A DNA stretch of 64,000 bases from an uncultured Acidobacteriota bacterium (lineage in GTDB: Bacteria; Acidobacteriota; UBA6911; RPQK01; JAPXNP01), in assembly GCA_963777605.1 (NCBI GenBank), contig CAVZRV010000008.1, forward strand, positions 96,001-160,000, given 5' to 3'. Made by a program: the position numbers and the translations under genes. Below the pieces are notes generated by a model, which was not told where the DNA came from, ran no database searches, and was given only the letters and a program-made list of their open reading frames with translations. The first letter of the stretch is position 1. Each line of letters opens with the position of its first letter. Positions 29,609 through 40,195 of the stretch are shown piece by piece.

Positions 29609-29684
29609 GGGGGTATAGCTCAGATGGAAGAGCACCTGCTTTGCACGCAGGGGGTCGTCGGTTCGAGTCCGATTACCTCCACCA
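29609..29684 (+). tRNA. tRNA-Ala(UGC)
   Basis: 76-nt cloverleaf: acceptor GGGGGTA/TACCTCC with G3:U70, anticodon arm CCTGC-TTTGCAC-GCAGG, GTTCGA T-loop, encoded CCA. Confidence 0.97.
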
Positions 29685-29799
29685 ATTCAAATTGCAAATT
29701 TCGAGGTTCGAAGTGCGAAATCTCGGAGGTGGCACTTCGGTTTCGGGCATTGTAATCAATCTTCGAATTCGAATGGCAGGTTGCACAAATTCGAATAGA

Positions 29800-30060
29800 G
29801 AGACACCTCTCCCCTGGATGGTCTCGGTATTCGTTCTCCGACGGTCCTTTTGCTTCGACTCCCTTCCAAACGGCGCCTTTTCCACCGTTTTTCGCCAATC
29901 TTTCGCACTTTTTCCTGCACGTTCGTTATTACTAGGTGGGGTTAGGGGTTTGGCCCCCGCCGGAGGCTTTGCCCGGGGGCTTCGTGCGCCCGCTGCGCGG
30001 ACTGGGCACGAAGAGACGAGTCGGATTTGGCTCGGATGCGATTCCGGAAACACACCCCGA
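29800..30060 (-). repeat. Dispersed element family A, copy 3 (right arm, inverted)
   Basis: Reverse complement reads gcgggcgcacgaagcccccgggcaaagcctccggcgggggccaaacccctaaccccacctagtaataacgaacgtg. Confidence 0.88.
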
Positions 30061-30220
30061 ATTTCGGCATTCGCCCTAAGACTTCTCTCCCGACCTCACC
30101 GAAAAAGGGTTGCGGAAGTCTTCGATTTTCATAAAGATGGGGGTGCTGGGGGCGGCGATCAGCCCCCCGATTGTGGAGATACGCTTCTAATAAGGCGAGG
30201 TGGTGCCATGAGACGAGCTC

Positions 30221-31806
30221 TTGGAGCTTGTTTTGCGTTCCCTGTTCTTGAGCCTTCTTTCAGTCGGGTGTGAAAGCACTCAGACTGGCGACCAGAGTGA
30301 AATTCGGCGGCCGAACGTTCTTTTCATCATGTGCGATGATCTGAACGACTATTCCGGGACGTTCGGCGGGCATCCCCAGGTTCGAACGCCCAATATCGAC
30401 CGGCTGGCCGCCTCGGGTGTTACGTTTGTGAACAACCAGAGTAATTCACCGATCTGTTCTCCTTCCCGAAACAGCCTATTTACCGGCGTCTACACCCACG
30501 TTTCCAGGGATTTCGGATGGACGCCCTACCACAAGCAACCCGTTCTGATGCACAACAAGGTGCTGATGGAGATGTTTCGGGAGAACGGATATGTGGTCGC
30601 GGGAAGCGGAAAGCTCCTGCACATCAACCGGAAAGAGCTGTGGGACGATCCCGGAATCGACATCAACAATTACGGCCCCTTCGCCTATGACGGGAAGAAA
30701 ATGGTGGGCCACCCGTCGGTTCCGGAACCGTACCGAAGCATCGGTGAGGTCGACGGCTCGTTCGCCCCGCTGTCCGACGTTCCGGCTGTTCGCAGCAGCG
30801 AGGAAGGAGCCGGCGAACCGGGCTGGGTCTATTCCGACGAAGGGAAACACCTGAACTACGTCGATGAAAACAACCGGGACCTCACCCCGGACGAGATGCA
30901 CGCTCAATGGGCTGCGCACAAAGATCGCGGAGTGGGACCAGCAGGGACTGGACAAGCCCTTTTTCCTGGGAGTGGGCTTCGTTCGCCCCCACACGCCCCT
31001 CTACGCACCCAAGCGGTTCTTCGAGATGTTCCCCATCGACGAACTGGAACTCTCGCCGATCAAGGAGGGCGACACCGACGACACCTACTACACCGCCAAT
31101 TTTACTCCCGACCGGAAAGGGCCCCGTTACTACCGGACGTTGAAAGAGTCCTATCCCGACATCGAAACCGGCCTGAAGCATTTCCTGCAGGCCTACCTGG
31201 CCTGTATCGCCTTCGCCGACGAGCAGGTCGGAGTCGTTCTCGACGCACTGGAGCAGAGCCAGTTCCGAGACAACACGATCGTCGTCTTCACCAGCGACAA
31301 CGGCTGGAACATGGGGGAGAAGGAATACCTCTTCAAGAACTCGCCCTGGGAGGAAAGCACCCGGGTTCCGCTGATCATCAGAGACCCCGGCGAAGCAGCC
31401 CCCGGCTCGAAAGTTGAACATCCGGTCTCTCTGATCGACATCTTTCCGACTCTCGTGGACCTTTGTGACCTTCAGGGCAGCAACCGGAAGGACGATCAAG
31501 GCTCCCGGTTGAACGGGTTCAGCGTGCGCCCCTTCTTGAAAGACCCCGAATCCCAGGACTGGCAAGGCCCTGAAGGAGCCTTCTCCGTGCTCGGAGTGGG
31601 CATGGACAAGGAGGAACTCTCCCAGCAGACCTTCAGCTATCGAACCCGCGATTGGAGGTACGTGCTCTATCGGGGCGGCCAGGAGGAACTCTACGACCAG
31701 CGCAACGATCCGTTCGAGTGGGACAACCTCGCTGATGACCCGGCGCTCGCCGACGAGAAGCAGCAACTGCGGGACCCAGATGATGGCAATCGTGAATCTG
31801 GATTGA
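30221..31806 (+). CDS. Formylglycine-dependent sulfatase (iduronate/choline-sulfatase-like lipoprotein), split by apparent frameshifts near 30921 and 31776
   Basis: RPNVLFIMCDDL, CSPSRNSLFTG and GKLLH in one frame; GFVRPHTP, FTSDNG, EKEYLFKNSPWEESTRVP and ELYD in the next. Removing one base at each site restores a single ORF. Start uncertain. Confidence 0.85.
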
Positions 31807-31990
31807 GCCACCTGCCCAACCAGTCCCCGGATTACTCACCGCCGGCCGCTGGTCGAAGTGAGACCGGGCTGAGTATCGACTTGCCACCCGGTCCCTGTGA
31901 ACGGATTTCATGGCATCCACAAGATCGGCAGGGTTGCCGATTCGATTGGCGTTCTCGCGTATTCCCGGCCGCTTCGGTATTCTGCTTCCC

Positions 31991-34957
31991 ATGGCGGCAG
32001 AGAGGCTCAATCGGAGGCGGTTTCTGGGCGGTAGCGTGAGCGGTCTTGTGGCGGTGCGACTCTACGGAGGAATCGAGCCGAAGGGGCGGCCCGGAACGGA
32101 CGGAACCGGGAACCTGGCCGAACTCCTGCAGAATTCCCCTCTGAATTGCCGGCCCATGACCCGATGGTGGTGGTATGGCGGTGCGGTCGAGGAAAAGGAG
32201 ATCAGCCGGGAATTGGAATCGATGCGGGATGCTGGGATCGGCGGCGCCGAAATCCAGCCGGTCTACCCGCTCGCGGTCGATGATCCGGTTCGTGGCATTG
32301 TCAACGTCCCGTTCTTTTCGGCTCGCTGGTACGATCTGCTCGGGTACGCCGTCAGGCGTGGCCACGAACTCGGACTGCGAGTAGAGTTGACGCTCGGCAG
32401 CGGGTGGCCGTTTGGAGGGCCGTTCATTGAGCTCGGGGAGGCCGCGAGGAGGATCCGGATGGTCAGCCGTGAGGTCACGGGGCCCGGCAACCTGGTCTGG
32501 GACCTTAACGAGGGCCTTGGCGAAGGGAGAGCGGGTGGAGCGCGTCGCCGGCACGACGGCTGGACCGGCCCGAACGGGAGGCCAGCCTCGATTCTTCTGT
32601 CCGGAGATGATCTCAAAAAACTGGGGGGGCCCGGTCTTCCGGTGAATCAAGGGCAATGGCGGCTTTATGCAGCTGTCAACTCGCCGACTTACATGCAGGT
32701 GAAGCGACCGACCCTGGAGATGGAGGGCTATGTCCTGGACCACTTCAGCAGGGAGCCGCTCGAATTCTTTCTCAAGGCTACCGGGCAGCGCACCCTGGAC
32801 GAACTCGATGCGCGCGGCATTGCCCCCCCGGACGGCTTCTTCTGCGACAGCCTCGAAGTCTTCGGGGCCGATTGGACGGGCAGCTTACTCGACGAGTTCC
32901 GGAAACGCCGCGGCTATGATCTCTCGGGTTTCCTGCACCTCCTGGTCGAAACGGCGGGCGGTATGGAGGGCCGGGTGCGCCACGACTACCACCTTACGCT
33001 TTCCGAGCTTACTCTCGAGAACTTCTTCCTGCCGCTCGCCGAGTGGTGCCGGTCGAGGAAGATTCCGTCGCGGGTTCAGGCCCACGGCGCTATGGGGGAC
33101 ATCCTGAGGGCCTACGGTAGTGTCGATGTGCCCGAAGGGGAGACGATTTTCGGCGGGGACGTGAACCGGGTCAATATCCGTCACCGGCGCCTGGCGTCCT
33201 CGGCTGCCCACCTTTACTCCAAGCCCCTGGTTTCGGCCGAAACCTACACCTGGCTCCGAACGCCGATTTTCATGGCCAACCTCGAGATGATGAAAGGTGC
33301 GACCGACGCCGCGTTTCTTGACGGGATCAACCAGATCGTCAATCACGGCTACTCCTACTCCCCTCCTTCGGCCGGCCGGCCCGGGTGGTCGTTTTATGCA
33401 TCGACCCACATCTCTCCGGCCAACACCTGGTGGCCTCACTATCATCACCTCTCGGAGTACGTCCGGCGCTGCGCGTCGCTGCTTCGCGAGGGAGAACCCG
33501 TAAACCGGGTCGGGATCTACGTCCCTCTGTCGGACATCTTCTCCTCGAGAGGGATTGGCGGATTCCACCTCGACGAGGCCATCGAGGAACGGCTCGGCCA
33601 GGAACTGGTGGGCGGTCTTCGTGCGGGTGGCTTCGACTTCGATTTTCTCAATGACGACTCGCTACAAAACCGTGCCCGGATCGAGTCGGCGCGGATCGTG
33701 ATCGGACAGGGCCGCTATGAGGCAATCGTCCTGCCGGAAGTCCAGTTCATTCCGGTGGAGACATTCCAGGTGTTGGCCGATTTCGTCCGGGCGGGCGGTC
33801 GCCTCATTTTCCTGAAACGGTGTCCAGACAAGGTACCGGGCATGTCCGAGGTGGAGGAAATACAGAGGGAACTGGATGCCCTGAGAGGAGCTATGGGGAT
33901 CGGAAACGCCATCTCGGGCAAGCACGGGTCCGGACGTTGGGCGATTGCAGACGGGATTCAGGGGATCGTCGGTGAACTGAATCAAGGCCTTGTTCCAGAT
34001 TTGGTTGTGCGGGACGATTCGGACCACGCTTCCGAGGTGCCGGCAAGCGCTGAAGTGGGATTCGTCCGGCGCCGCCTCGGCGAGACCGACCTCTTCTTCC
34101 TGTCCAATATCGGGGCCGGCGCAAAGGCGTTGACGGTTCAATGCGGGGTCGGTCACCGCAGGCCGGTCAGGCTCGACCCGATGACGCTCGCACGAAGCGA
34201 GGAACTGATCTACCGCTTCGGGACTGCTCCGAGCGGCGGTGAAACTACCGAGGTCGTCATCGACCTGGCGCCCTTCGAATCCTGTTTTATCGAGTTCTCT
34301 TCTGAGCGGCCGCCCTTGATCCAGTCGGGGCGGATTCCACGAACTCTATCGATTTCCGAAAGGGAGGGTCGTGTCGCCGTCCAGGGGTATCTGACCGAAC
34401 CGGTGGACTCCATGGTGACTTCGGCCGACGGTCGCGTCCATCGGATTCAGGGACAGGGAGGGCGCACGGTCCCGCTTCCGGGCCCCTGGACCCTGGACGT
34501 GGATGGTGTGTCGCCTCAGCAACTCGGGCAGTTGGTATCGTGGGCCGACATCCCGGCCCTCCACGGTTTCAGCGGGTGGGGGACCTACACGTCCGGGTTC
34601 AACCTCGAGAACCCCGCATCGGAGACGCGCTGGTTCATCGACCTCGGAGAAGTGTTCGACACGGCCGAAGTCGAGATCAACGGACGTCGAGTCGGGGACG
34701 CCTGGATGCGCCCGCGGGTCCTGGAGTGTACCGAGGCGCTCAATTCCGGCACAAACCGCATCCGGATTCGCGTCGCCAACGTCTGGATCCACCACGTTCT
34801 GGCGGCTCCCAAGCCGGACTATTCCAAACTCGAAGCCAGCTACGGCATCCGCTGGGGCCGATACGGAGAAGTTCCTCCCGAAAGCATCCCGCCGTCCGGA
34901 CTGCTGGGCCCGGTCCGGCTGGTCTCGGGAAGGGAATACCGCAAGCGGTTGACTTGA
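31991..34957 (+). CDS. Tat-exported GH106-family glycoside hydrolase (alpha-L-rhamnosidase-like)
   Basis: NRRRFL, RPMTRWWWYG, GIGGAEI, GSGWPFGGP, FCDSLEV, VSAETYTW, GINQIVNHG, IDLGEV, PSGLLGPV. Confidence 0.87.
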   Translation: MAAERLNRRRFLGGSVSGLVAVRLYGGIEPKGRPGTDGTGNLAELLQNSPLNCRPMTRWWWYGGAVEEKEISRELESMRDAGIGGAEIQPVYPLAVDDPVRGIVNVPFFSARWYDLLGYAVRRGHELGLRVELTLGSGWPFGGPFIELGEAARRIRMVSREVTGPGNLVWDLNEGLGEGRAGGARRRHDGWTGPNGRPASILLSGDDLKKLGGPGLPVNQGQWRLYAAVNSPTYMQVKRPTLEMEGYVLDHFSREPLEFFLKATGQRTLDELDARGIAPPDGFFCDSLEVFGADWTGSLLDEFRKRRGYDLSGFLHLLVETAGGMEGRVRHDYHLTLSELTLENFFLPLAEWCRSRKIPSRVQAHGAMGDILRAYGSVDVPEGETIFGGDVNRVNIRHRRLASSAAHLYSKPLVSAETYTWLRTPIFMANLEMMKGATDAAFLDGINQIVNHGYSYSPPSAGRPGWSFYASTHISPANTWWPHYHHLSEYVRRCASLLREGEPVNRVGIYVPLSDIFSSRGIGGFHLDEAIEERLGQELVGGLRAGGFDFDFLNDDSLQNRARIESARIVIGQGRYEAIVLPEVQFIPVETFQVLADFVRAGGRLIFLKRCPDKVPGMSEVEEIQRELDALRGAMGIGNAISGKHGSGRWAIADGIQGIVGELNQGLVPDLVVRDDSDHASEVPASAEVGFVRRRLGETDLFFLSNIGAGAKALTVQCGVGHRRPVRLDPMTLARSEELIYRFGTAPSGGETTEVVIDLAPFESCFIEFSSERPPLIQSGRIPRTLSISEREGRVAVQGYLTEPVDSMVTSADGRVHRIQGQGGRTVPLPGPWTLDVDGVSPQQLGQLVSWADIPALHGFSGWGTYTSGFNLENPASETRWFIDLGEVFDTAEVEINGRRVGDAWMRPRVLECTEALNSGTNRIRIRVANVWIHHVLAAPKPDYSKLEASYGIRWGRYGEVPPESIPPSGLLGPVRLVSGREYRKRLT

Positions 34958-35010
34958 AACTTCAATCGAGATGAGTTCCTGGTTCCTGGTTTCTCGTTTC
35001 TGGAGGGAAA

Positions 35011-35062
35011 GTAATCCAGGCATCCCTGCCTGATACGGCGGCCGGGCAGCTTGCCCGGCGGA
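35011..35062. repeat. REP family B variant
   Basis: GTAATCCAGGCATCCCTGCCTGA and GCCGGGCAGCTTGCCCGGCGGA resemble units at 40253-40370. Confidence 0.65.
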
Positions 35063-35169
35063 AGTGAACCTTCTCAATCCAGGATTCTTGATTTCCGGGT
35101 TCTTCTGAAACCGTCCACCACCGGGACTGAATCGCACTTTCAGTGCTGCATTGCCGTCTTGGCTCCGAT

Positions 35170-35287
35170 TCCCGGGGCGTTGCCGCCGGGCTGGAAATGA
35201 CCCTGCGCCGTTGGCGCGCTCATCTGGCGATGCTTCACCAGTTTCACTCTTTGAATGGCCCGGCGCCGCCGGGGGCCCGGCTGACTC
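35170..35287 (-). repeat. Composite palindromic element, family C
   Basis: Reverse complement gtcagccgggcccccggcggcgccgggccattcaaagagtgaaactgg is nearly identical to 45846-45894 and related to 45435-45525. Confidence 0.8.
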
Positions 35288-35445
35288 ACACACGCGATCG
35301 AATGGAAGGGCAGTTTCACTCCTTTAAATAGTCCAGTGGCCACCAAGACCGTGGGTTGGGTTCCGGCTTAGGGCCCCGAATTTGGAATTGACTCTTGGTG
35401 AACCAGAGTTGAGACTGGTTGTTTGGGGGGAGATGGGAAATTGTC

Positions 35446-38400
35446 ATGCTCCAATCCGTTCGATCGACCCTGCTACGGATCTCCTTGAGTCTGACCCTCT
35501 CCGCAATCGCGACCGGGACGGTTACTGCCGCAATCCCAGCCACTGAACGAGCTGCTTTGCTGGCGTTCTACGAGGCCACCGGTGGAGGAACGGCCTGGAA
35601 AGGGGACGGCTGGGGAGGGTCCTCCGGAACCGAAGGGAGTTGGGAAGGGGTCACCGTTGCGGGAGACCACGTCGTCGCAATCGTTCTCGTGGCGAGGGGA
35701 CTGGACGGGCCGCTGCCTCCCGAAATCGGCGTTCTGACCGCGCTGCGGCTGCTCGACCTGACCGGTTGGGAGTGGGAGGCGTATGATCATAACGTCATCC
35801 GGGAGATTCCGGACGAAATCGGCTTGCTCAAGAACCTGGAGGTACTCAATCTGAGCGGCGTCGAGTTGCAGGAACTGCCGGAGTCTGTCGGCCAGCTCGA
35901 GAACCTCCAGGCACTTGCTCTCGGGCAGAACCCGCTGAGCTCACTTCCAGAGTCTCTGGGCTTGCTGGGAAATCTCGTCTCACTGGACCTGTACTACTGT
36001 CAACTCACGGCTCTACCCGAATCGACGGGCCTCCTGAAGAATCTTGTCGGTCTCAATCTTAAGGGCAACTCACTTTTGTCACTTCCGGATTCTTTGGGGG
36101 GACTGGTATCGCTCCAGGAGTTGGACCTCGGGGGCAATTCACTGACGGCTCTTCCGGATTCTTTCGGCGAATTGGCATCGCTTGAGGTGCTGGACCTGGG
36201 GGGCAACAAATCACTTCGGGGATTTCCCTCCACTCTCGCTAATCTCCAGAAACTCAGGATCCTGGGGGCGATCGGAATGGGGCTGACGAGTCTTCCAACT
36301 GCGTTTTTGAGCCTGACTACGCTCGAGGAACTCCGTCTGAACGCCAACCCGCTTGGGACACTGCCGCCGTCTATTGCCAATTTGAGAAATCTCGTGACGC
36401 TGGACTTGACCGGATGCGAACTGGAATCACTCCCGCCCGAGATCGGTGATTTGAGCGATCTCGAAGTCTTGGGACTTTCCAATTCAACCTTGGAGTCGCT
36501 GCCGCCTGAAATTACCCGACTCCAGAAACTGCACGAGCTCGAGCTGTCGGAGAGTTCCATCCGCACACTACCAGTCGGCATGGGACAAATGAGCGCGCTG
36601 GAGAACCTCTTCCTGAACGGAAGCCAGTTCTCCGAATTTCCTTCGGATGTGGGCGACTGGTCTCAAATCCAAAAAATCACCGCACGAAGCACTCAGCTTC
36701 GCGGCACGATCCCTTCCGATCTTGGGAATGCTGCCTCCCTCGAGAACCTCGATCTCTCAGACAACCAGTTGGAAGGGGCGATTCCTTCTGAACTGGGTAA
36801 TTTGCCCAATCTCGTGTACCTAAGACTGACATCCAATCAGCTGACCGGATCCATCCCGCCGGAACTGGGCGAGATCCAGACTCTTCGTTCTTTGTCCCTG
36901 GCGGGGAACCAACTTGCCGGCCCACTGCCTGAGTCGGTGGCCGGTCATCCAGGCCTGACCAGTCTGTATCTTAGTGATAATCTCCTGAGCGGTCCGCTTC
37001 CGAAGTCGCTCGCCGCTGGAAACCTCCGTTCTATCGACCTTTCCTATAATCTGTTTTCGGGGCCGATTCCTGCCGAACTGGGAGAATCCCGGGCCACGTC
37101 GATCGATTTGAGCCACAACCTCCTGAGCGGTTCGATTCCTCCGGAACTGGGAAATCTGGATCTCAGCACTCTTGATTTGAGTCAGAATCAATTGAGTGGA
37201 TCTTTCCCGCCGCAATTATGGAACCTCCGCGTCAAGCAGAGGCTGGACCTCTCCGGCAATCTCCTGTCCGGAGATGTTCCAATCTGGGGGGAAGCGGGGC
37301 CCTTCGATCCGTACCGGTTCGACATGCGCTACAACCTCTTGACCGCAACTGACCCCGACGTCCGCTGGTTTCTCGAAGGCCTCATGAACAATGAGTTCGC
37401 CGATACCCAGACCCTTCCTCCTCAAGGGCTGATCCCGGTCGAAATCTCGGGAACCTGGGCCGATCTGCGCTGGGCCGTGACGCGGTACCGTTCCGATCCG
37501 GGACGTTATGAACTCGCCGTATCCCCAGAACCGGAAGAACCGGGGGAGGTTCGCGCGGAGACGCTGAGCAAAGAGGAGACTGCCGCCGATGTTCGCGGGC
37601 TGGCTCTGGACACCGACTACTTCGTCCGGGTCCGTACCGTGACCGATCCCCATGAAGGGAATCCGAACCGCGCCCGGAGTTCCTGGAGCGAACCCGTCGC
37701 CTTGAGAACTCTCACTGAGGCGACTCAGATCTTCCCGCTCTTCATCTCGAGTCCATCCCGGTTTACGGGGCTGGCACTCTCGAACCAGGGAGGCCGGACA
37801 GCTGTATTGACCTTCTCCGCCCTCGGTGAAGACGGCCTCCCGATTCCAGCGCTTCACAATCCAATTCAGATCGAACTGCCGTTGGGCCGGCAACTGGCGT
37901 TGCTTGGGAAAGAACTGTTCCAGCCTCAAGGCGGCGAGATTGACGGGTGGGTCGAACTGCAGTCAAGCGATGCCGAGGTCGGGGGCCTGTTTCTCGCAGG
38001 CGGAGTGGGGCTGCTGGATGGGCTGCCCGCGGTCGTCTACCCGGCCCGCCGACTGTTTTGGCCCGGCTTTGTTCCGGCCTCTGATTTGGGTGCGGAGCAA
38101 AAGAATGAGGCCCGAATCGTCAATCCGGGCATGGAAGCGGTCGAAGTCAACCTTCAGCTCGTCGGTTCGAAGTTCGGGTCAACCGATATCGAGTCTCTCA
38201 CCAGTACACAGGTCATTCCTCCACAGGGAGTGCTGTCCGCGACGGCCTCCGATCTCTTCGGAAACGATTTTGACCTCGACCAAGGTTACCTGGTGGCTGA
38301 GGTTCAGGGGGACGGCCGGATTGCCGGGATGGGCTGGAGCGAGTACGGAGCAGGGCGCTCTCTTGCCGCCTATCCCGCCCAGGAGACTACATCGGCGACG

Positions 38401-39039
38401 CGCCTCTACTCCGCCCAATTGGCGGCCACGCCGGACTTGGAGAGCCTGCTTGCTTTCGTAAACACCTCGGATGAACCCCGAGTGCTGAGCCTGAATTTCG
38501 TGAACGGCGACGGGACGATCGGTGCTACGGCAACGGTTGAGCTGCTCAGCCATCAGGCGGTCCAGAGGAGTGCGCAAGAGTGGTTTATCTGGCACGAACC
38601 CAACCAGGTTGGGTCTCTGAGAGTCGATTGCAGCGGTTGGGGAGTTCTTGGACAGATAATCTTCCGGGAGAGAAGTCGCGCCGATTATGCGGCGGCGGTT
38701 CCACTCCTGACGGCGGGAGACTCATCGATCGTCTTCAACCAGGTGGCTGAAGACGGAGACCTCTTCACCGGCCTTGCGCTCTTCAACCCGGGCGACGAGC
38801 CGGCGAGTGTCCGCGTGGAAGTGTTCTCCGCCGCAGGGACGCGGGTCGGAGAGCGAACCCTGGACCTGGCCGCCGGCAGTCGTCTGGCTGAGCTGTTGAA
38901 TCAGCTCGTTCCCGAATCCGCCGGGCAAATTCAAGGATACATTCGAGTCACGTCCAGCACCCCGATCATCGCCCAGCAACTATTTGGAGATTACCGGCAG
39001 ACCTACCTCGCGGCTGTCCCGCCGGTGCAGGGGCGCTGA
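35446..39039 (+). CDS. Secreted leucine-rich-repeat protein with an FN3-like domain and C-terminal beta-sandwich modules
   Basis: Signal peptide, N-cap ERAALLAFYEAT, about 20 LRRs (LxxLPxxxGxLxxL, then LxGxIPxELGNL), GLALDTDYFVRV, two FTGLALxN modules. Confidence 0.88.
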   Translation: MLQSVRSTLLRISLSLTLSAIATGTVTAAIPATERAALLAFYEATGGGTAWKGDGWGGSSGTEGSWEGVTVAGDHVVAIVLVARGLDGPLPPEIGVLTALRLLDLTGWEWEAYDHNVIREIPDEIGLLKNLEVLNLSGVELQELPESVGQLENLQALALGQNPLSSLPESLGLLGNLVSLDLYYCQLTALPESTGLLKNLVGLNLKGNSLLSLPDSLGGLVSLQELDLGGNSLTALPDSFGELASLEVLDLGGNKSLRGFPSTLANLQKLRILGAIGMGLTSLPTAFLSLTTLEELRLNANPLGTLPPSIANLRNLVTLDLTGCELESLPPEIGDLSDLEVLGLSNSTLESLPPEITRLQKLHELELSESSIRTLPVGMGQMSALENLFLNGSQFSEFPSDVGDWSQIQKITARSTQLRGTIPSDLGNAASLENLDLSDNQLEGAIPSELGNLPNLVYLRLTSNQLTGSIPPELGEIQTLRSLSLAGNQLAGPLPESVAGHPGLTSLYLSDNLLSGPLPKSLAAGNLRSIDLSYNLFSGPIPAELGESRATSIDLSHNLLSGSIPPELGNLDLSTLDLSQNQLSGSFPPQLWNLRVKQRLDLSGNLLSGDVPIWGEAGPFDPYRFDMRYNLLTATDPDVRWFLEGLMNNEFADTQTLPPQGLIPVEISGTWADLRWAVTRYRSDPGRYELAVSPEPEEPGEVRAETLSKEETAADVRGLALDTDYFVRVRTVTDPHEGNPNRARSSWSEPVALRTLTEATQIFPLFISSPSRFTGLALSNQGGRTAVLTFSALGEDGLPIPALHNPIQIELPLGRQLALLGKELFQPQGGEIDGWVELQSSDAEVGGLFLAGGVGLLDGLPAVVYPARRLFWPGFVPASDLGAEQKNEARIVNPGMEAVEVNLQLVGSKFGSTDIESLTSTQVIPPQGVLSATASDLFGNDFDLDQGYLVAEVQGDGRIAGMGWSEYGAGRSLAAYPAQETTSATRLYSAQLAATPDLESLLAFVNTSDEPRVLSLNFVNGDGTIGATATVELLSHQAVQRSAQEWFIWHEPNQVGSLRVDCSGWGVLGQIIFRERSRADYAAAVPLLTAGDSSIVFNQVAEDGDLFTGLALFNPGDEPASVRVEVFSAAGTRVGERTLDLAAGSRLAELLNQLVPESAGQIQGYIRVTSSTPIIAQQLFGDYRQTYLAAVPPVQGR

Positions 39040-39221
39040 CCTGGAGGACCGTAGACCGATTCGTGGAATCAGTGTACCCTCGCCGTCGGAGGATGGATAA
39101 TGCAAACAGGAGATGCTGGAACAGTACCCGGCGGGTAACCTCAGCGAAGTGGCCCGCGAAGCCCTGTCTGTGCTCAAGTAGAAGTCGCGCCCAAGCGGTA
39201 GCGCTCGGTATCCCGAGAATT

Positions 39222-40163
39222 TCAGGCTTCCTGCCATTGACTGATGATGTAGTTCCGGGCCCGTTTCAGTGCGGATTCAGGATCATCGGTGGCTCCGGAT
39301 TCGATGGTCAGCCAACCGTCGTAGCCGTGATCCTTGAGAGCGCGAAAGCCGGGACGATAATCGAAGGGGAGCGATCCCGGTTCGGTGCGGGCTTCACCGT
39401 CCGCCATGTGGACGTACCGGGTCTGTTGACCCCAGCGTTCCAGGGTCCGGGCGATGTTCCCCTCTTCCATCTGCATGTGATAGAAGTCGCTCAGCAGGCC
39501 GAAATTCCCTCCGCCGACCTCCTCGATGATCCGGCTTCCGTGGCCCTGGAGGTTCATGAAGTGGGTCTCTTTCCGCGTCAGGGGCTCGAGCAGCAGGGTA
39601 ACTCCGGTCCGCTCCGTGTCGGAGACCAGTTGCTTCAGTCCCTCCACGAGCAACTGGTCCTCCTTCTCCTTGCACGCGGCCTCCGGTTCGAGACCAAGTT
39701 GGCAGGGGCCGAAAATCGGGACTTCGACCACTCCTGAGGCCCCCAATTCGGCTGCTATCCGGAGGCGATCGCGATCGAGCTTGACCCCGTCGGCTCGGAC
39801 CTTCGGGTCGGGATTCAGGAGCTTGAGCGAACCTACAATCGCGCTGACTCGAATTCCCGAGCCCTTGAGCCGGGAGCGAATGCCGTCAACACCCATTCCC
39901 AGGTACTCGGGCCCGAGCTCGATTCCCTGGAAACCGAGGCGAGCCAGGAGTTCGGCGCGTTCACTAAGGTCCTTCATCGGAAAGGGCCCCCGCACCCCCA
40001 TCGGGGGAACGTCCTCCGTGCGGCCACTCTCCCCAAAGGTCAGGCCGGAAGCAAGGGAAACGACGGCGGCACCGGAAAGTCCGGCAATGAACTTCCGCCG
40101 GGACACGGGTGAAAGGGAAGTTCGATGTTCGACGCCCGGTTGGATGCGATGCGGAGGAGCCAT
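39222..40163 (-). CDS. Tat-exported sugar phosphate isomerase/epimerase (AP endonuclease 2 TIM barrel)
   Basis: SRRKFI, GFQGIEL, LLLEPLTRKE, DFYHM, YVHMAD, PGS, GYDGWLTIE. Confidence 0.87.
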   Translation of the reverse strand: MAPPHRIQPGVEHRTSLSPVSRRKFIAGLSGAAVVSLASGLTFGESGRTEDVPPMGVRGPFPMKDLSERAELLARLGFQGIELGPEYLGMGVDGIRSRLKGSGIRVSAIVGSLKLLNPDPKVRADGVKLDRDRLRIAAELGASGVVEVPIFGPCQLGLEPEAACKEKEDQLLVEGLKQLVSDTERTGVTLLLEPLTRKETHFMNLQGHGSRIIEEVGGGNFGLLSDFYHMQMEEGNIARTLERWGQQTRYVHMADGEARTEPGSLPFDYRPGFRALKDHGYDGWLTIESGATDDPESALKRARNYIISQWQEA

Positions 40164-40195
40164 AGAGGAATCGTAACTCAAGCCCGGGAAAGAGG

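Noticed and set aside
29609-30200. Integrative element or prophage at tRNA-Ala
   Set aside because: No integrase, and no duplicated tRNA 3' end (att site) was seen in the window.
29039-30273. Short ORFs within the family A repeats (e.g. ...FVISKWGLGF...)
   Set aside because: Frames and lengths differ between copies and there is no RBS; the similarity reflects the DNA repeat.
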